In this document: one piece after another, positions 26,401-38,179 of the stretch
How the letters are laid out: each line of letters opens with the position of its first letter
How positions within the stretch are numbered: the stretch's first letter is position 1
Assembly: GCA_030141605.1 (NCBI GenBank)
Contig: JAQGDQ010000078.1
Location: 310,001-374,000, forward strand
Direction of reading: 5' to 3'
Source: Tubiluchus corallicola
Lineage: Eukaryota; Animalia; Priapulida
DNA: 64,000 nucleotides
Notes under the pieces: model-generated
What the model saw: the letters and a program-made list of their open reading frames with translations, nothing else
Database searches by the model: none
Told to the model about the DNA's origin: nothing
Program-made: the position numbers and the translations under genes

Positions 26401-29400
26401 CACCTCATGAAAAATGAACGTACGCTAACCAATGGTCCCTGTCACACAGATTATCCATTTGCCATCTTCTTCCTCCTACCATGGGTTGCCCACCATAAGA
26501 CGTCAGCCAAAAGCCGCAGTAAGGTTCCAATACATCGCTTTGAGCAATTCGTAAGGCGCCTTATATGAGTTTGGCCATTAATTAGCCATAAGACATTTTG
26601 GGTGATTGGTAATGCAGTAATTAGCATGTTTACATTTTTTGCAGTGCACAATTCAATTATGTAATAAGAATGCACAACAGAATGGTCTCGTAAACATGAA
26701 AATGCAATTTTTAAGCACGACATTTTAATAATACTGCAATTTGATACCGGTATTGCCGAAAAGGATTATGTGCAAAATACCTTACTATTTATACAGTGTA
26801 AGAAGTGTACCGCGGATTATCAAATGCACCTTAATGAAGGCACCTCACAGATTATGGATTATGGCTTGCTCCGTACACCAATCTCTGTGCGACAAGGACC
26901 TTATAAAATATTGTTAGAAGATTACTACTGACACAAAGGCCATCCGTTATTTGCATAAAGTACAAGGTTTTTACTTTTTAAAACTATGTTTTCTTATACG
27001 TTGAGAAAAAGTTAGACTAACAATCGACGAAAGTTAGATGAAAAAGAAACCTGAGACAAGTTGGGTTTTGATGAACCAGCAAAATAGCTCCTCTTTTTCC
27101 TCAGTCCGGGATCTCCTGCAGTTAATTGCTCCATGGTTTTTTTACCAACAGTTTCCAGGGCTTCCAAACCAACTTCAACCTGCATTAGAAAACAAAACAG
27201 CAGCTGTTACCTTGCTACTGAACCATCTATGTAACAATGCATTAATGCAGAAAAGCCATTAAACACAATTTCAAGGCATTTAAGTATTAAACTTGCAATA
27301 AGCATGTCGTAATCATGTGCTAGTGTACATTATCAGGCTTACGATCACTGTTACACTTGCTTATAAGTAGCGAATACGAGCAAGTATCTAACTTTACAAG
27401 TACATAAATTAAGCTTAATGGAATTACCATAACGTAAAAAAATAGGTAGTTCAACAAAAAAGACCAAAACGAGAAATTTTGCTACATGAACTGGTAAAGT
27501 TTTACAAGTTTTTGTGACATTACAAAAATTAGCTTCATAGAAGTCAGGCAACAACAGTGCTAGCAAAATTGTTTATTTACATAAAACATGACTAACCGTA
27601 TTTTCAACGATATTACTCAAACCGTGCGTAATTTCACTGAAAAAGCCTTGCTTCACAAAAAATCCTTCTCCACCATCCTTACTAGAATCTTCTTTACATT
27701 CCTCTGCTGGCATTTCAGAAGGTGATGCTGATTCAGGTTCCTCTTTACTAGAGCAATCTAAATTTAGTACAAGAGCTTGAAAATAAGCTGCTTCACTTTG
27801 TGCGACTATTTCTACCTGAACATTACACCTTTAACTCCACAGCCTTATCAAGTCTGTGGTTGTTATATAACTTTGTGTAAATTTATCTCTTTCCAATTGT
27901 TGAAGCTTTGTCCGCAAAATTCTACTTACATGAGAAACCCCTTGCACATGGCATTACGTATATTCGCTTGAGTCACCTTTTTACATACAAAAGTAGCACG
28001 TGACAGTTTAGAATGCCAACTCTTTATTCTCTAAGAGGAAGTCGGATAACATACACAAGAGGAAGGAAGAAAACAGCCTCAGATCTCAAATCACTCTCAG
28101 TCACTCCTTCAAAATCATGCTGCCTCGTCAAAATTATTCATTTAAAGAGTACTACAAACTATACGAGTTCACATCTCCTGATAGCTTCGGAATTACTTTG
28201 CTGAAAAAATATCTTCTGATTCTGCTCAACCATTCCGTGATCAACACAGTCTCCAGTCAACACATTCAGGGGAACAAGTTGTGTAAAATATCCCTTTTGA
28301 ATCTTTGAGTAATTTGGACTGATTGTATATCGAAAAACACTAGTTTACCACATACTCACTAATGCCAGCACCACCACACACATTCCCTCAATCATCACTC
28401 GCCTTCCCATCCCTTTACTCACTCATTCACAACATCACTAGTACGTTTGTACCACTGGGTTTCTTAATTCTGCTATGCTAAGCAATAGACAAAAGACTGT
28501 TCAAAACAGATAGGGGTTTTGAAATCACTGACTTAACAGACATCAAACAAAGCCAATAAACTTGCTTACAAATTTCGTTTCTTAAGCTTGTTAAGTCTTG
28601 GATTATTCAGTACAAGTCCCTAATAAAAGTAGATGGAAAATAAGTATCATTATAACTGCTTTGCCAGCACATGGGTAAAAATCTATAGCATACCACCACG
28701 CAAAAATCAGCTCAATGCAAAGTGGAATTAAGCACATCACCCAAATATTTTCTACAAGTTTAAGTTTAAGACAGCAAGACATTATATACAAGTGCAAGGT
28801 AGTATAATCAATGGTTACCAATGCTTTCAGCTGCATCTGTGGCCTCATCACTATATGCAAGCTCCTCGGGCGAGGGTATGTCAAGACCGTGTTCCACAGT
28901 TTCCAGTACTGCACTCACACCGTGTCCTAGAGTTAAAAATCATTATTTCCATAATTACAAACTGATGATACATTTAGTAATTACAGTGTAATTAAAGTTA
29001 CCTATTTAAATATCATTAATGTCTGCAAAACCATAATTATTACAGAGAAAAATAAATCTCTAAAATGTCCCAGCTCAGGAAGTGAATACCTAAATCGCTG
29101 AACACTAAACCTCTTTTCTCTCCGTTCTGTTTTTCTATTTTAACAATAATAATTAATTTATTGAATATTTAAAATGCATTAACGTTAAAAATGGACAAAT
29201 GCATTTTACATACTTAAAACATTAACACATAAATAGTACACACACAGTAGGCTATTATAAATAAAACTAAAATCGTAATACATGAATATAAAAATCAGCC
29301 GAAATTAAATCCATAAGTCCATATTAAATTTCTAATTAATTAAAAAGCCTTCTTTACAAAAATAAGTTTTAAGGAATGATTTATGTGCATGAATTGGTAA

Positions 29401-31440
29401 ATCACTCCATAATTTTGGTGCCGCTACGCTAAAAACTTTATTAACTTGACTTAAGTTATAGATGGCACAGTTGAGTGGGATGACCATGAATTTAATTTTA
29501 GCCATTGTTCTTTGTAACCTGCAACTGCATTTTAAAAACAAACTTATTACACTGCAATACATTTATATCATTCACCCTCAGGAACCACTTTCCTACTTGG
29601 GCACTAGACCCAGTTGTATTTGTGAGTCGCGCAGATGTGCCATTTTCTGTTTGCTATTTACTAAAAATGAGTTAATCTTTTTAATTTGGAAATAAATGTA
29701 GAAAAATGCTTTGCACTTTTAAACATGTTTAGTCGATATATAATTAGGCACATTGAATAGTGACTGAACAATAATGACAGATTTTAAAGATCTAAATAAA
29801 AAAATTCTTCCAATATTAGTTGCTGAAAAGGCTTTCAAAAAATATCTAAACCGCAGGAAATGCACAGGAAAGCTATAGGAAAATATTTCAAATACTTACC
29901 AACACTTTTTGTGAACGTTGATACACTTGCACTAGCACTGGATAACAACGATGAGCTCCAGCTACCCCATGTACCCCATGACGAAGAACCCTGCTATAAA
30001 AACACGTCTTACTCTACATTATACACTCCTGTTACCTATTATATTATTTTTATAAACTACAAATAATAATTGCTGTTAGCAAATGACTATATAAACAAAA
30101 CGGCTCAAATTAATGAAATGGTAGATTCTAGACTGCAGTTCAGTCAGAACAAATCAGTATTTGAATAACTGTATACCACAGGTAACCACTTGAATTGACG
30201 CAATTATAGTGCATAAATTATTAGGCAAAGACAACACTACTAGACAAAGTTAACAAACATATTATTAGCCAAAACCTTTTTGTCAGCTGCCTCTCCCAAT
30301 TTTTCCAAAACATCATTCTCTCTTTCAGAGGGCAAATCTTTGACTTCCTCTCGATGAAGCCTGCGAGTAGGTGTACTCTCACGTTCAGTTTTAACCTAGA
30401 AAAAACTCAAATGCACTGTGAAATTATTTCAATAGAAAGAAACCATTTCTAAGAAAACAAAATTACACTGCCATATATATCCAAAAAGACATTGATTCAA
30501 TTCTTTAAAGTGTGTTTTCTCTCTTTAATCACTTAATATTAATCTAATTATTAAATATTTAGGATTTTGTTGATTATTGCTATACTTTGACAGTAATAAC
30601 TATTTGTAACACATATTAGTTATTACTGTACATCAGCATGAGTAGAAATAGTAACCATTCAAACCACTAACTAATGCTAATTTCAATGGTACCAATCCAC
30701 CAGACAAAATTAGCGAGGGAACAAAACTAACAGCTGTAGGTTACTAGTACACAGTTTGCTGTAAATACTCTGTGTGAGATTAATTTTGAAATCAATGCGC
30801 ACTATCGAAATTAGTCTGTGTTAGACTAATTTTCCACACAGACTAATAACACCAAACAGTGCAATTAGATTAATTCTGAAGAAGTGGACTGGAGGTTTTT
30901 GTCTACCATATGTTTGTTACTTTCTTCGAAAAATGAGTTAAGGCAGACCTATTTTTAATTTAAGTACTCAACAATACAAACACAAATTTCAGGTGAGATG
31001 GCTTGATAATTTGTAGAAATGAGAAAAATCAAATTGGCAAAAGTGATAATCTTATAGGTTTAAGTAACATAGTTCACGTTACAATGCACAAGTTACTCCA
31101 ATAGAATCTTCAATGCTTCATAATTAAGGCTGACATTAACTAGTCTACAGCATACCTTGTCACCTTCTTCTGCTTCATGACTAGTAGATTTCGCAACCTC
31201 TGTTTGCTCTCCAAATGCATCAATCTGAGTGTCTGTCAGTTCTTGAGTGTCAGTACCGCTTGTAACATCTTTAATCTCTTCAGCTTCACCGTCTGCCTGT
31301 CCAGAGCCATCCACTCCAGATTCTGCTGTACTCAACGAAAAGCCTGGGTCACTTGGTATCACAGTTGGGGAAATTTTCCCTCCATCATCACTGCCCTCAT
31401 CAGCACTTTCAAATTCTGCATCACTCTCTGTATCAGCCAT
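20463..31440 (-). CDS. FAM114A2: FAM114A family protein (Noxp20/FAM114A2-like), 569 aa
   Basis: Twelve phase-consistent exons: 31440-31156, 30395-30276, 29993-29900, 28926-28819, 27757-27597, 27179-27051, 25715-25610, 24863-24702, 23582-23419, 21996-21851, 21486-21414, 20624-20463. Family motifs: FESADE, WGTWGSW..S.LSSA, GLEALETVGKKTM..L..GDPG, LSQVLREAK, LFDEFQGLAHLEALEMLS, LAELTA...E.FHK..ELLL, ITNVYFEA.NS.SYIQD...LLLPVLQ. It is probably a single invertebrate pro-ortholog of A1/A2. Confidence 0.9.
21290..21387. mobile_element. One-ended fragment of the TAGGGATG-type hAT MITE
   Basis: 21339-21387 is similar to the reverse complement of the left end of 41150-41845. Confidence 0.55.
24991..25060 (-). 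pseudogene. Degenerate tRNA-like sequence (tRNA pseudogene or SINE head)
   Basis: Minus strand shows an anticodon-like arm TCTGT-TTTATAA-GCAGA and a B-box/T-arm GGTTCAAATC. The acceptor stem is not intact. Confidence 0.45.
25850..26290 (-). mobile_element. L2/CR1-group LINE 3' end remnant
   Basis: Minus-strand ...HYSL......TSRFRNSIVSY-like C-terminus followed by AATAAA and a short-repeat tail near 25835-25870. Confidence 0.45.
26342..26900. mobile_element. PIF/Harbinger (Tourist-like) MITE in a FAM114A intron
   Basis: TIR GGCTCATGTCACACAGAG / CTCTGTGCGACAAGGACC flanked by TTA at 26339-26341 and 26901-26903. Confidence 0.75.
29330..29530 (-). mobile_element. L2/CR1-group LINE 3' fragment
   Basis: FSVAAPKLWSDLP...FLKTY motif in ORF 29332-29562. 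Confidence 0.55.
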
Positions 31441-31474
31441 CACTGGAAAAGTGTATCCTTAATGGCATATTTAA

Positions 31475-32400
31475 CGAATGATGCCCTGTTATAGTGGCAT
31501 CCCCCAAGGAACCATGAGTGGCCTATGCTGCCTTTTGATCATTATTTTTGATATCACTGATTGTATTTCCCCAGGCACTAACATCCCTTTATTTGTTGAC
31601 GATTTAAAGTCCTTTTGTGTGATCTTGATTGTTACATTTTACAACATGAACATGACTTGGATGAAATTTTAGGCAGGTGCAACAAATGGTTGATCGTCCT
31701 TAAACCTGATAAATGGGCTTTACTTAAAATACGGTCTACATCTACGACACCTTACTTTCTAAACAATGTACAAATAGCAGGAAAAAGTTGTATCACAGAC
31801 TTGGGAGTAATGACTTCCAACAACCTAAAATGAAATTCTCGTGTGAATCATATAATTGCAAAAGCAAATCGCAATATTGATATATCAAGAAATGCAGCTG
31901 TTATTCTTCTTCTCTATAAAGTTGCAGTTCCACCCAATTTTTGCACACGCGTCGATTGTATGGTCACCATAGTATGCTACTCTCAAGAATGCTCTTGGAA
32001 GAACTCGGTGATAGATGTACTTGTCTTGTTATTGACATGGATCCCACTTCAATTGCTACTCAGGAGCAAAAGCATGAGACTGCAGACCTTGTGAACTGCT
32101 TCAAAATAATTAGTGGAAATACAGTTCTGACAGAAATAGACTTTTATTCCAAGCTTCACAGATTTCATCGTAGTAACAAGTCCAAGTTATTTGTGCAACC
32201 AGCTAGAACCATTCAGCTCATTTCTTCGAGCATCAAATCTCACATCTTACATCATCAATCATCAGTGCTTCATCAGACGACAGCTTTAAAAGGCATTTGA
32301 GAAGGATCGTTTGCAGATAGTTACCAGCTAACCTTGAATAAGGTATTCTTGGACAGAATTCTTCACAACAAGATACAATTAAATTTCAATTTCAGTTGAG
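31475..32400 (+). mobile_element. Decayed CR1-like LINE in the FAM114A 5'UTR intron
   Basis: SGIPQG...LFVDDLK...KW...L.PDK...DLGV..SNNLK across ORFs 31478-32300. Confidence 0.75.
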
Positions 32401-33026
32401 TTTACTAATACTGCATTCAAGTACGTTGACAATATAATAAAAACAAGGTAATACAAGCATACAAGGTATTATATGACAAAAACTGATGTACTGTGAAAAA
32501 ACTTTCACAAAAACAAATAAGCAGCTTCAAATGAAGCCTAATCCATTAAGATAGGTGATATGGTAATACTTCATACATATAATACACACAAGGTATATTA
32601 CACATAGTTATTTCCTTGAGATTACAACTTATAAGTCTGTTTTAATCATTTGTTTATAATAACAGTACAGAATTATGAAAAATGTGAAAAAAGGACTTTC
32701 ACTAATGCAAACTTTATTAGTTTGAATAAATGCACATTGATAATTTATTGTTTCTCACAAGATAATCTGACGATGAAAAAAATTCCAATCAAAAAAGGAC
32801 TAGATATTAAATTTTGTAAATAATACAATACTGATAGTGTTTAACATGGTGCCAGCCAGCTTAGCATGTTTTTTGTTTAAGTGATTATTTGAGCGCTTCT
32901 TTTTTCAAAACATTTTGTGAAAAATTCTCCAAGTAAATTTATGTCCATTATATTTTCTCTATTGCATTGATAATCCATGATAAAAATAATTATACATGTG
33001 TTCATTATTGTTCAACAGTAAGTTGC

Positions 33027-34356
33027 TAACAGTAAGTTTTTTAAAATTATTTTTTTATAAATAGGAAGTATGTTACAACTTTTCCTTACAGAAGTATGTG
33101 TATAAAGGATGCATCTAATGCAATTTGACGCTACAATCTACATAGCCCATGAAAATGTCCAAACTACAAAAAATTATTTAGAAGAAGATATAAAAAATAT
33201 AAATATGGCATTTAGTCATTACAAGCTAAACATGAATAATGACAAAACAGAATTCATCATCAACCACTTTGACAATAGATAATGCTGTAATCAAACAAAC
33301 TAACAATGTTAAATTCCTGGGCATACAAGTAGACAATAATCTTTCATGGGATGAACACTTTAATAACATATACACAAAAATGGTATATGTCATATCTCCG
33401 ACAAGTTAAAGGGCAACTAACAAAGGAAACTAAAACACTAATATATAAAACTTTAGTTCTACCACACTTCTTATATGGATGTACGCTACTTCAAAAAACC
33501 AAAAGAGAAAATTACTTAAAATTAAATCTCCTTCAAAACTATGCGTTGAGATAGATAGCTGGGTACTCATACAAACATAAGGCAGGTAGACAAAAATTCA
33601 AAGCTTCAACAACTAACCTGAGAAAAACTTTAAAATTCCCAATCATTGGAGCACACAAAGAATATTTTACTCTGCTTTTTATATTTAAATACATTAACAA
33701 CATCAGCAAACCATTCCAGAATAACAGATTTACCTTTTTTCCAAATCCTATCATTAATTCCAGAACAAGCAATCTAAAACAAATTAGGACAAATACCCAC
33801 TATGGAACAAACTCTGTAATCAAACAAGCAATTTTACTTTGGAATTCTCTACCATTACAGGTTAAACAAATCAAGTCCCTATCAGCATTTAAAACAAAAT
33901 TAAAATCACTAATATTAACCAGATATGAAATACCATCACACCAGTACGACAACATACACACTAATTCAGAATTCATATACCCACAGCCATATTAATTAAA
34001 TCATAATTTGTTTTTTTTGTGTATGGTTGTAAATATGTTTGATTTTATTCGTCATTACTGTACAGTAGTTTAGATTGCACTGACGCATTTGCCTTCAGCA
34101 GTGTAAGTTTTTATTAACTAACACTGATTGATTTATGTAAAGTTTTTAAGAGTCTAATCTCTGTAAAGAGTCTAATCTCTGTAAAGTTTTTATCAGTGAT
34201 TATCAATGTTTTAATGGCAAATAAAGATTATTATATATATATATATATATCTTTCTATTGTACTGTATTTGTAGCCCTTTTCAGCGCTATTTCTGATCTG
34301 GGCGATGTGAGAATGCTAAAAATGTTAAAAAAGAACCACCTAAACTGCAATCTAGC
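33027..34356. mobile_element. MITE family B copy 3 (partial), split by a LINE insertion
   Basis: 33027-33116 plus 34249-34356 match 9149-9326 contiguously once 33117-34248 is removed. Ends in CCACCTAAACTGCAATCTA. Confidence 0.8.
33117..34248 (+). mobile_element. 5'-truncated L2/Crack-like LINE with (TA)n tail
   Basis: KL.MN.DKTEFI; NVKFLGIQVDNNLSWDEH; KTLIYKTLVLPHFLYG; LWNSLP...K.I.SLSAFKTKLK. AATAAA then (TA)n at 34232-34250. ATCT is duplicated at 33113-33116 and 34249-34252. Confidence 0.85.
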
Positions 34357-34624
34357 CTTCATTTTTAGTTGCAAAGTTACATCTTGGCAAGAACAGATAG
34401 GGCCTGGATTGTGCTGCTATACTTGCCCCTCTCTAAATCAAATTAATAATGTTGTGTAGGAAAGTCCTCGCAAGCACATGTCTGCCCACACCTACGAACC
34501 GCATTAATCAGAACAATCATAGCTAACTAGGTCACTAAATAAAAGTAAAAAACTAAAAATTAATGTAAAAACAGAAATCTACTAACGTAAACAGAACTCA
34601 TGCAGACACCTCTTTAAAAACTTA

Positions 34625-35538
34625 TGTTGGGAGCCGTTTGGACCACTGCGCCAAGTAGACCAAATGGTCTACTTGGGCTGCCCAAGTAGGACACTAGAGA
34701 CAGGTCGTGAATTCAGTCGTTAAGTGTACTGACACCGTCCGTTGTGCTCGTTTATGTAATAATAATAATTAAAAACGTTAATACACGTTGAATAATTTAT
34801 TATACATCTAATAAAATAAAAGAATTTTATTCTGAGCTGGTAGAACGGACAATATTAAATTTGGTTTCGATATTAATGTTGTTGAAGTGAAAAAAACCCA
34901 CTTTTTCACAATTTAATTAAACATTTGTTTAAGGTATATCATTTTTGATTTTGTCTCACTTCACAAACAGGTGACCCGTTTCACTACCTCTTGGGTAAAT
35001 AATTGTTTTCTTATAAGTAAATGTTCTAGCGATCTATGTGTCCTACATGGGCTAGCGAGCCATGTAGGACAGTGCCCTACATGTTACAATACTACTGATA
35101 ATATTAAAACTAATTATCCTTTTCTTAAATGTTAAAAATTACTTTTTGGTGTTGTGAAGGCTTAACAGCATCTGTCTCATTTTTAAATTTGCAATTATTT
35201 CTGTAATAACTGTGTGCAGAATTTCTCTCTTTAAAGCATTAGATACTAGGTTTAATGTTATGATATATTAATGGAGTTAATCATAATGATGAAATTATTG
35301 TAAGAAATGCATTTGTAAATTGCCAAGGAATATCCATTTCTAAAAGAAATTTTGTTTTATGCTTTATTATGTCATAACAATACTTATAAACAATGGTAAT
35401 ATAAACTGGAAACAAGTTTTGCCAGAGCAAGTTTCTCGACAAAAATCGCTAGTGTCCTACTTGGGCTGCCCATGTAGGACACTACTTTTAGCGCATCAAG
35501 TGGTCTACTTGGCGCAGTGGTCCAAACGGCTCCCAACA
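34625..35538. mobile_element. Ginger-like non-autonomous DNA transposon (MITE), copy 1
   Basis: Perfect ~38-bp TIR TGTTGGGAGCCGTTTGGACCACTGCGCCAAGTAGACCA; TGT...ACA termini; 4-bp TSD CTTA (34621-34624, 35539-35542); internal CC(A/T)GTAGGAC-type repeats in both orientations. Confidence 0.85.
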
Positions 35539-35553
35539 CTTATACACTTTGCA

Positions 35554-35570
35554 GACACCAGGTGGCGCAA
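35554..35570 (+). promoter_or_regulatory. CTCF-like motif in the FAM114A/ZMAT2 divergent interval
   Basis: GACACCAGGTGGCGCAA resembles the bilaterian CTCF core CCASYAGRKGGCRS. Motif match only. Confidence 0.35.
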
Positions 35571-35798
35571 ACAGAAAGATCAAAGTTTCTGTTATTGCTA
35601 ATTCGCTCAACGCGAAAAAGCGAAAATATAAGTTTTTATTGTTGAGAACAGAATTCGGTAATAAACATTTTCACTGATTTTCGCAGATACACCTACACTA
35701 TATCCGTATATCTAATTCGTGTAGTTAATGTGCTTCTGGGTCCTTCTGTTTTAGTTAGTTTTTTACTTTAGGTTTTACAGCGTACAGATGCATATATA

Positions 35799-36568
35799 TG
35801 TTAGGCGTCGAGTAAACCACTACTAGCCTAAGTTACCCTAAGTAGGACAATTGGCGTACATGGGCTAGCCTAAGTAGGACGCGTCGTACACGGACTGCCC
35901 AAGTAGGACAATAGAGATAGGTCGCGAATTGAGTCGTTAAGCGTACTGGCACTGTCCGTTTATGTAAAACTAATAATATTAATAAATAAAAAACGTCAAT
36001 ACATGTTGAATAATTTATTATCCATCTGATAAAATAAAAGAATTTTATTCTGAGCTAGAAGAATTAATATTTGCCAATATTAATCTTCTCTGAAGTGAAA
36101 TAAGTGCACTTTTTAGGCGATTCAACATTTTCATAAGGTATATCATTTTTTTATTTTGTCTTGTTTCACAGACAGGTGATCCTTTTCACTCGCTCTTGGA
36201 CAAATAATTGTTCTCTACTAAGTAAACGGGTTAACGAGTTATGTGCCCTAACATAGTTTTTCTCTTTAAAGCATTAGATACTTAGTTAAATGTTATGATG
36301 ATATTAATGGAGCTAATAATAATGAAGATATTGTTGTAAAAAATACATTTGTAAATTGTCAAGGACTATCCATCATTATTATAAAGTTACTTTTTTCTAA
36401 AACAAATTTAGTTTTATGTTTTATTATGTCATAAACCTCGATTCTCGACAGAAATCGCCAGGGTCTTACTTGGGCTGCCCATGTACGACACTGCTTTTCC
36501 GCAAATTTAGCACATGCGTTTTACCGGAAGTGACCTATTTTGGCTAGTTGATTACTCGGCACCCTACA
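35799..36568. mobile_element. Ginger-like MITE, related copy 2
   Basis: TGTTAGGCGTCGAGTAA...TTACTCGGCACCCTACA imperfect TIR, TATA on both sides. Interior 35895-36490 is homologous to 34677-35485. Confidence 0.75.
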
Positions 36569-38179
36569 TATATATATATATATATATATATATGTACTTA
36601 ATTTTTCACAAATCACCTTAGAGTACAGTTTTACTTGAGTGTCGAAAAGTTGTAAAAGCTGCGTGAATAAATGAAGTTGTTCTTACTATTTTCTGTAAAT
36701 AACAGTGCTGCTTTAAACTTAGATTTATTTCGGTCAGCAAACATGAAAGTACTGAACAACAAAATTTTCAAATTAGATAAATCTTGTGATTAAATAATAA
36801 ATCTACAGTTAAGTTTTCTAAATCAGTCTTTTGCTTAAAGCAATCGATCTACAGTAGTAATAGTAATATAGTAATAGTAATACAGTAATAATACTGTTAC
36901 GCTTTCAGCTTGTTCAAAATCTATTGCAACTAAACAACTTCATGACAAAAGACAATATATTGGTGCACAGTTGCATGCCTTACTATACGTTATTAGCTGT
37001 AACTGTACTATATGTTACTTACTGCACTGATCATGCCGGGAGTTCTGGCTGTCAGTTCAATAACCAGAGCAGGGCAGTTTCACTTGTAGCAAAGATTGCA
37101 TACCTATACAAATTTCTTAATGTCTTAACGCATTTGAACAGCTGTCAAATGTACAAACTTAGAGTGATTTGAATGCTTCTTGCAAAATTTTGTGCAGAAA
37201 TGAATGCTCTACAGTTTTTATGTTGAACAATTTTAGATACAAGCTATCACTGCGAATCAGAAGATTTTTTGCAAACTTTTCGAATTAACCTGCTAAATAC
37301 TCAATTGAATAAAAAATATAAAAATGAAATTTAGAATGCTAGAAAGGTAATTTAATTCCCTTGCGGAAAATATATAGGTTTACGCTAGTAGTTCATACAG
37401 TTAGGCCAATATGGGCAGTTGTATCCGAAGATGACAAACCACCATAATATACATAGTCGTTAAGGAATTAAGTCTTGGACAGTTTTTTCTGTTGTGTTTT
37501 GTTTCTCTCGGAAGGCTTGTAGAGAAAACCAGAAAACACGTCATCAAATTAAACTAGTTTATTAAGAGAGATTTCTACAACACAAAAGTATGAAGGAACA
37601 CAAAATGATTACACTAAACGTGAAAATCTGGAAAACGTTTGAGTGTATCTGAAAATGTAAGTATACAAGAGAATATGTAAGTGGCGTCCGTGTGTCTGCC
37701 ACTCAGCGGCCTGCTTCGTAAGACGATTATTCCAACGGAACATTCTGCAATGTTCTATGTAATTCTAATAGATGCCAGCGATCTCCACAACAATTTCAAA
37801 ATCTTTTCCTGGTGCAGTTGTTAGTGCATTTACAACATCTGCTATGCACTGCTGTCAGCAATTTCTAAGATTAGCCACTCGTAGAAAAAATTTAATATGA
37901 GTACTGGATTCCTTATAGTTACTGCTAACCTAAATTTGACAGCTACACTTAAGTGACTTTGCATTGTAAATTCTTGTAGATGATGTGGACTATTGGCATA
38001 TATGAAGTGTAATGTTCAACGTGAGTACATGTAAAATTGTGCTGGCAAGACTGATAATTCACACAGATGTCTTTTCATAATCTTTTTCATCTTTCTAGAA
38101 ACAGTGATGTACTAAAATTTGTTAATTAAATACTGTAGCTACCTAACAAGATTTTCAAGGGAAAAGCAAGAGCTACAAA

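Noticed and set aside
31453-31460. GTATCCTT U12-type donor consensus (also at 6611)
   Set aside because: Both are on the strand opposite the genes. All modelled introns are ordinary GT-AG.
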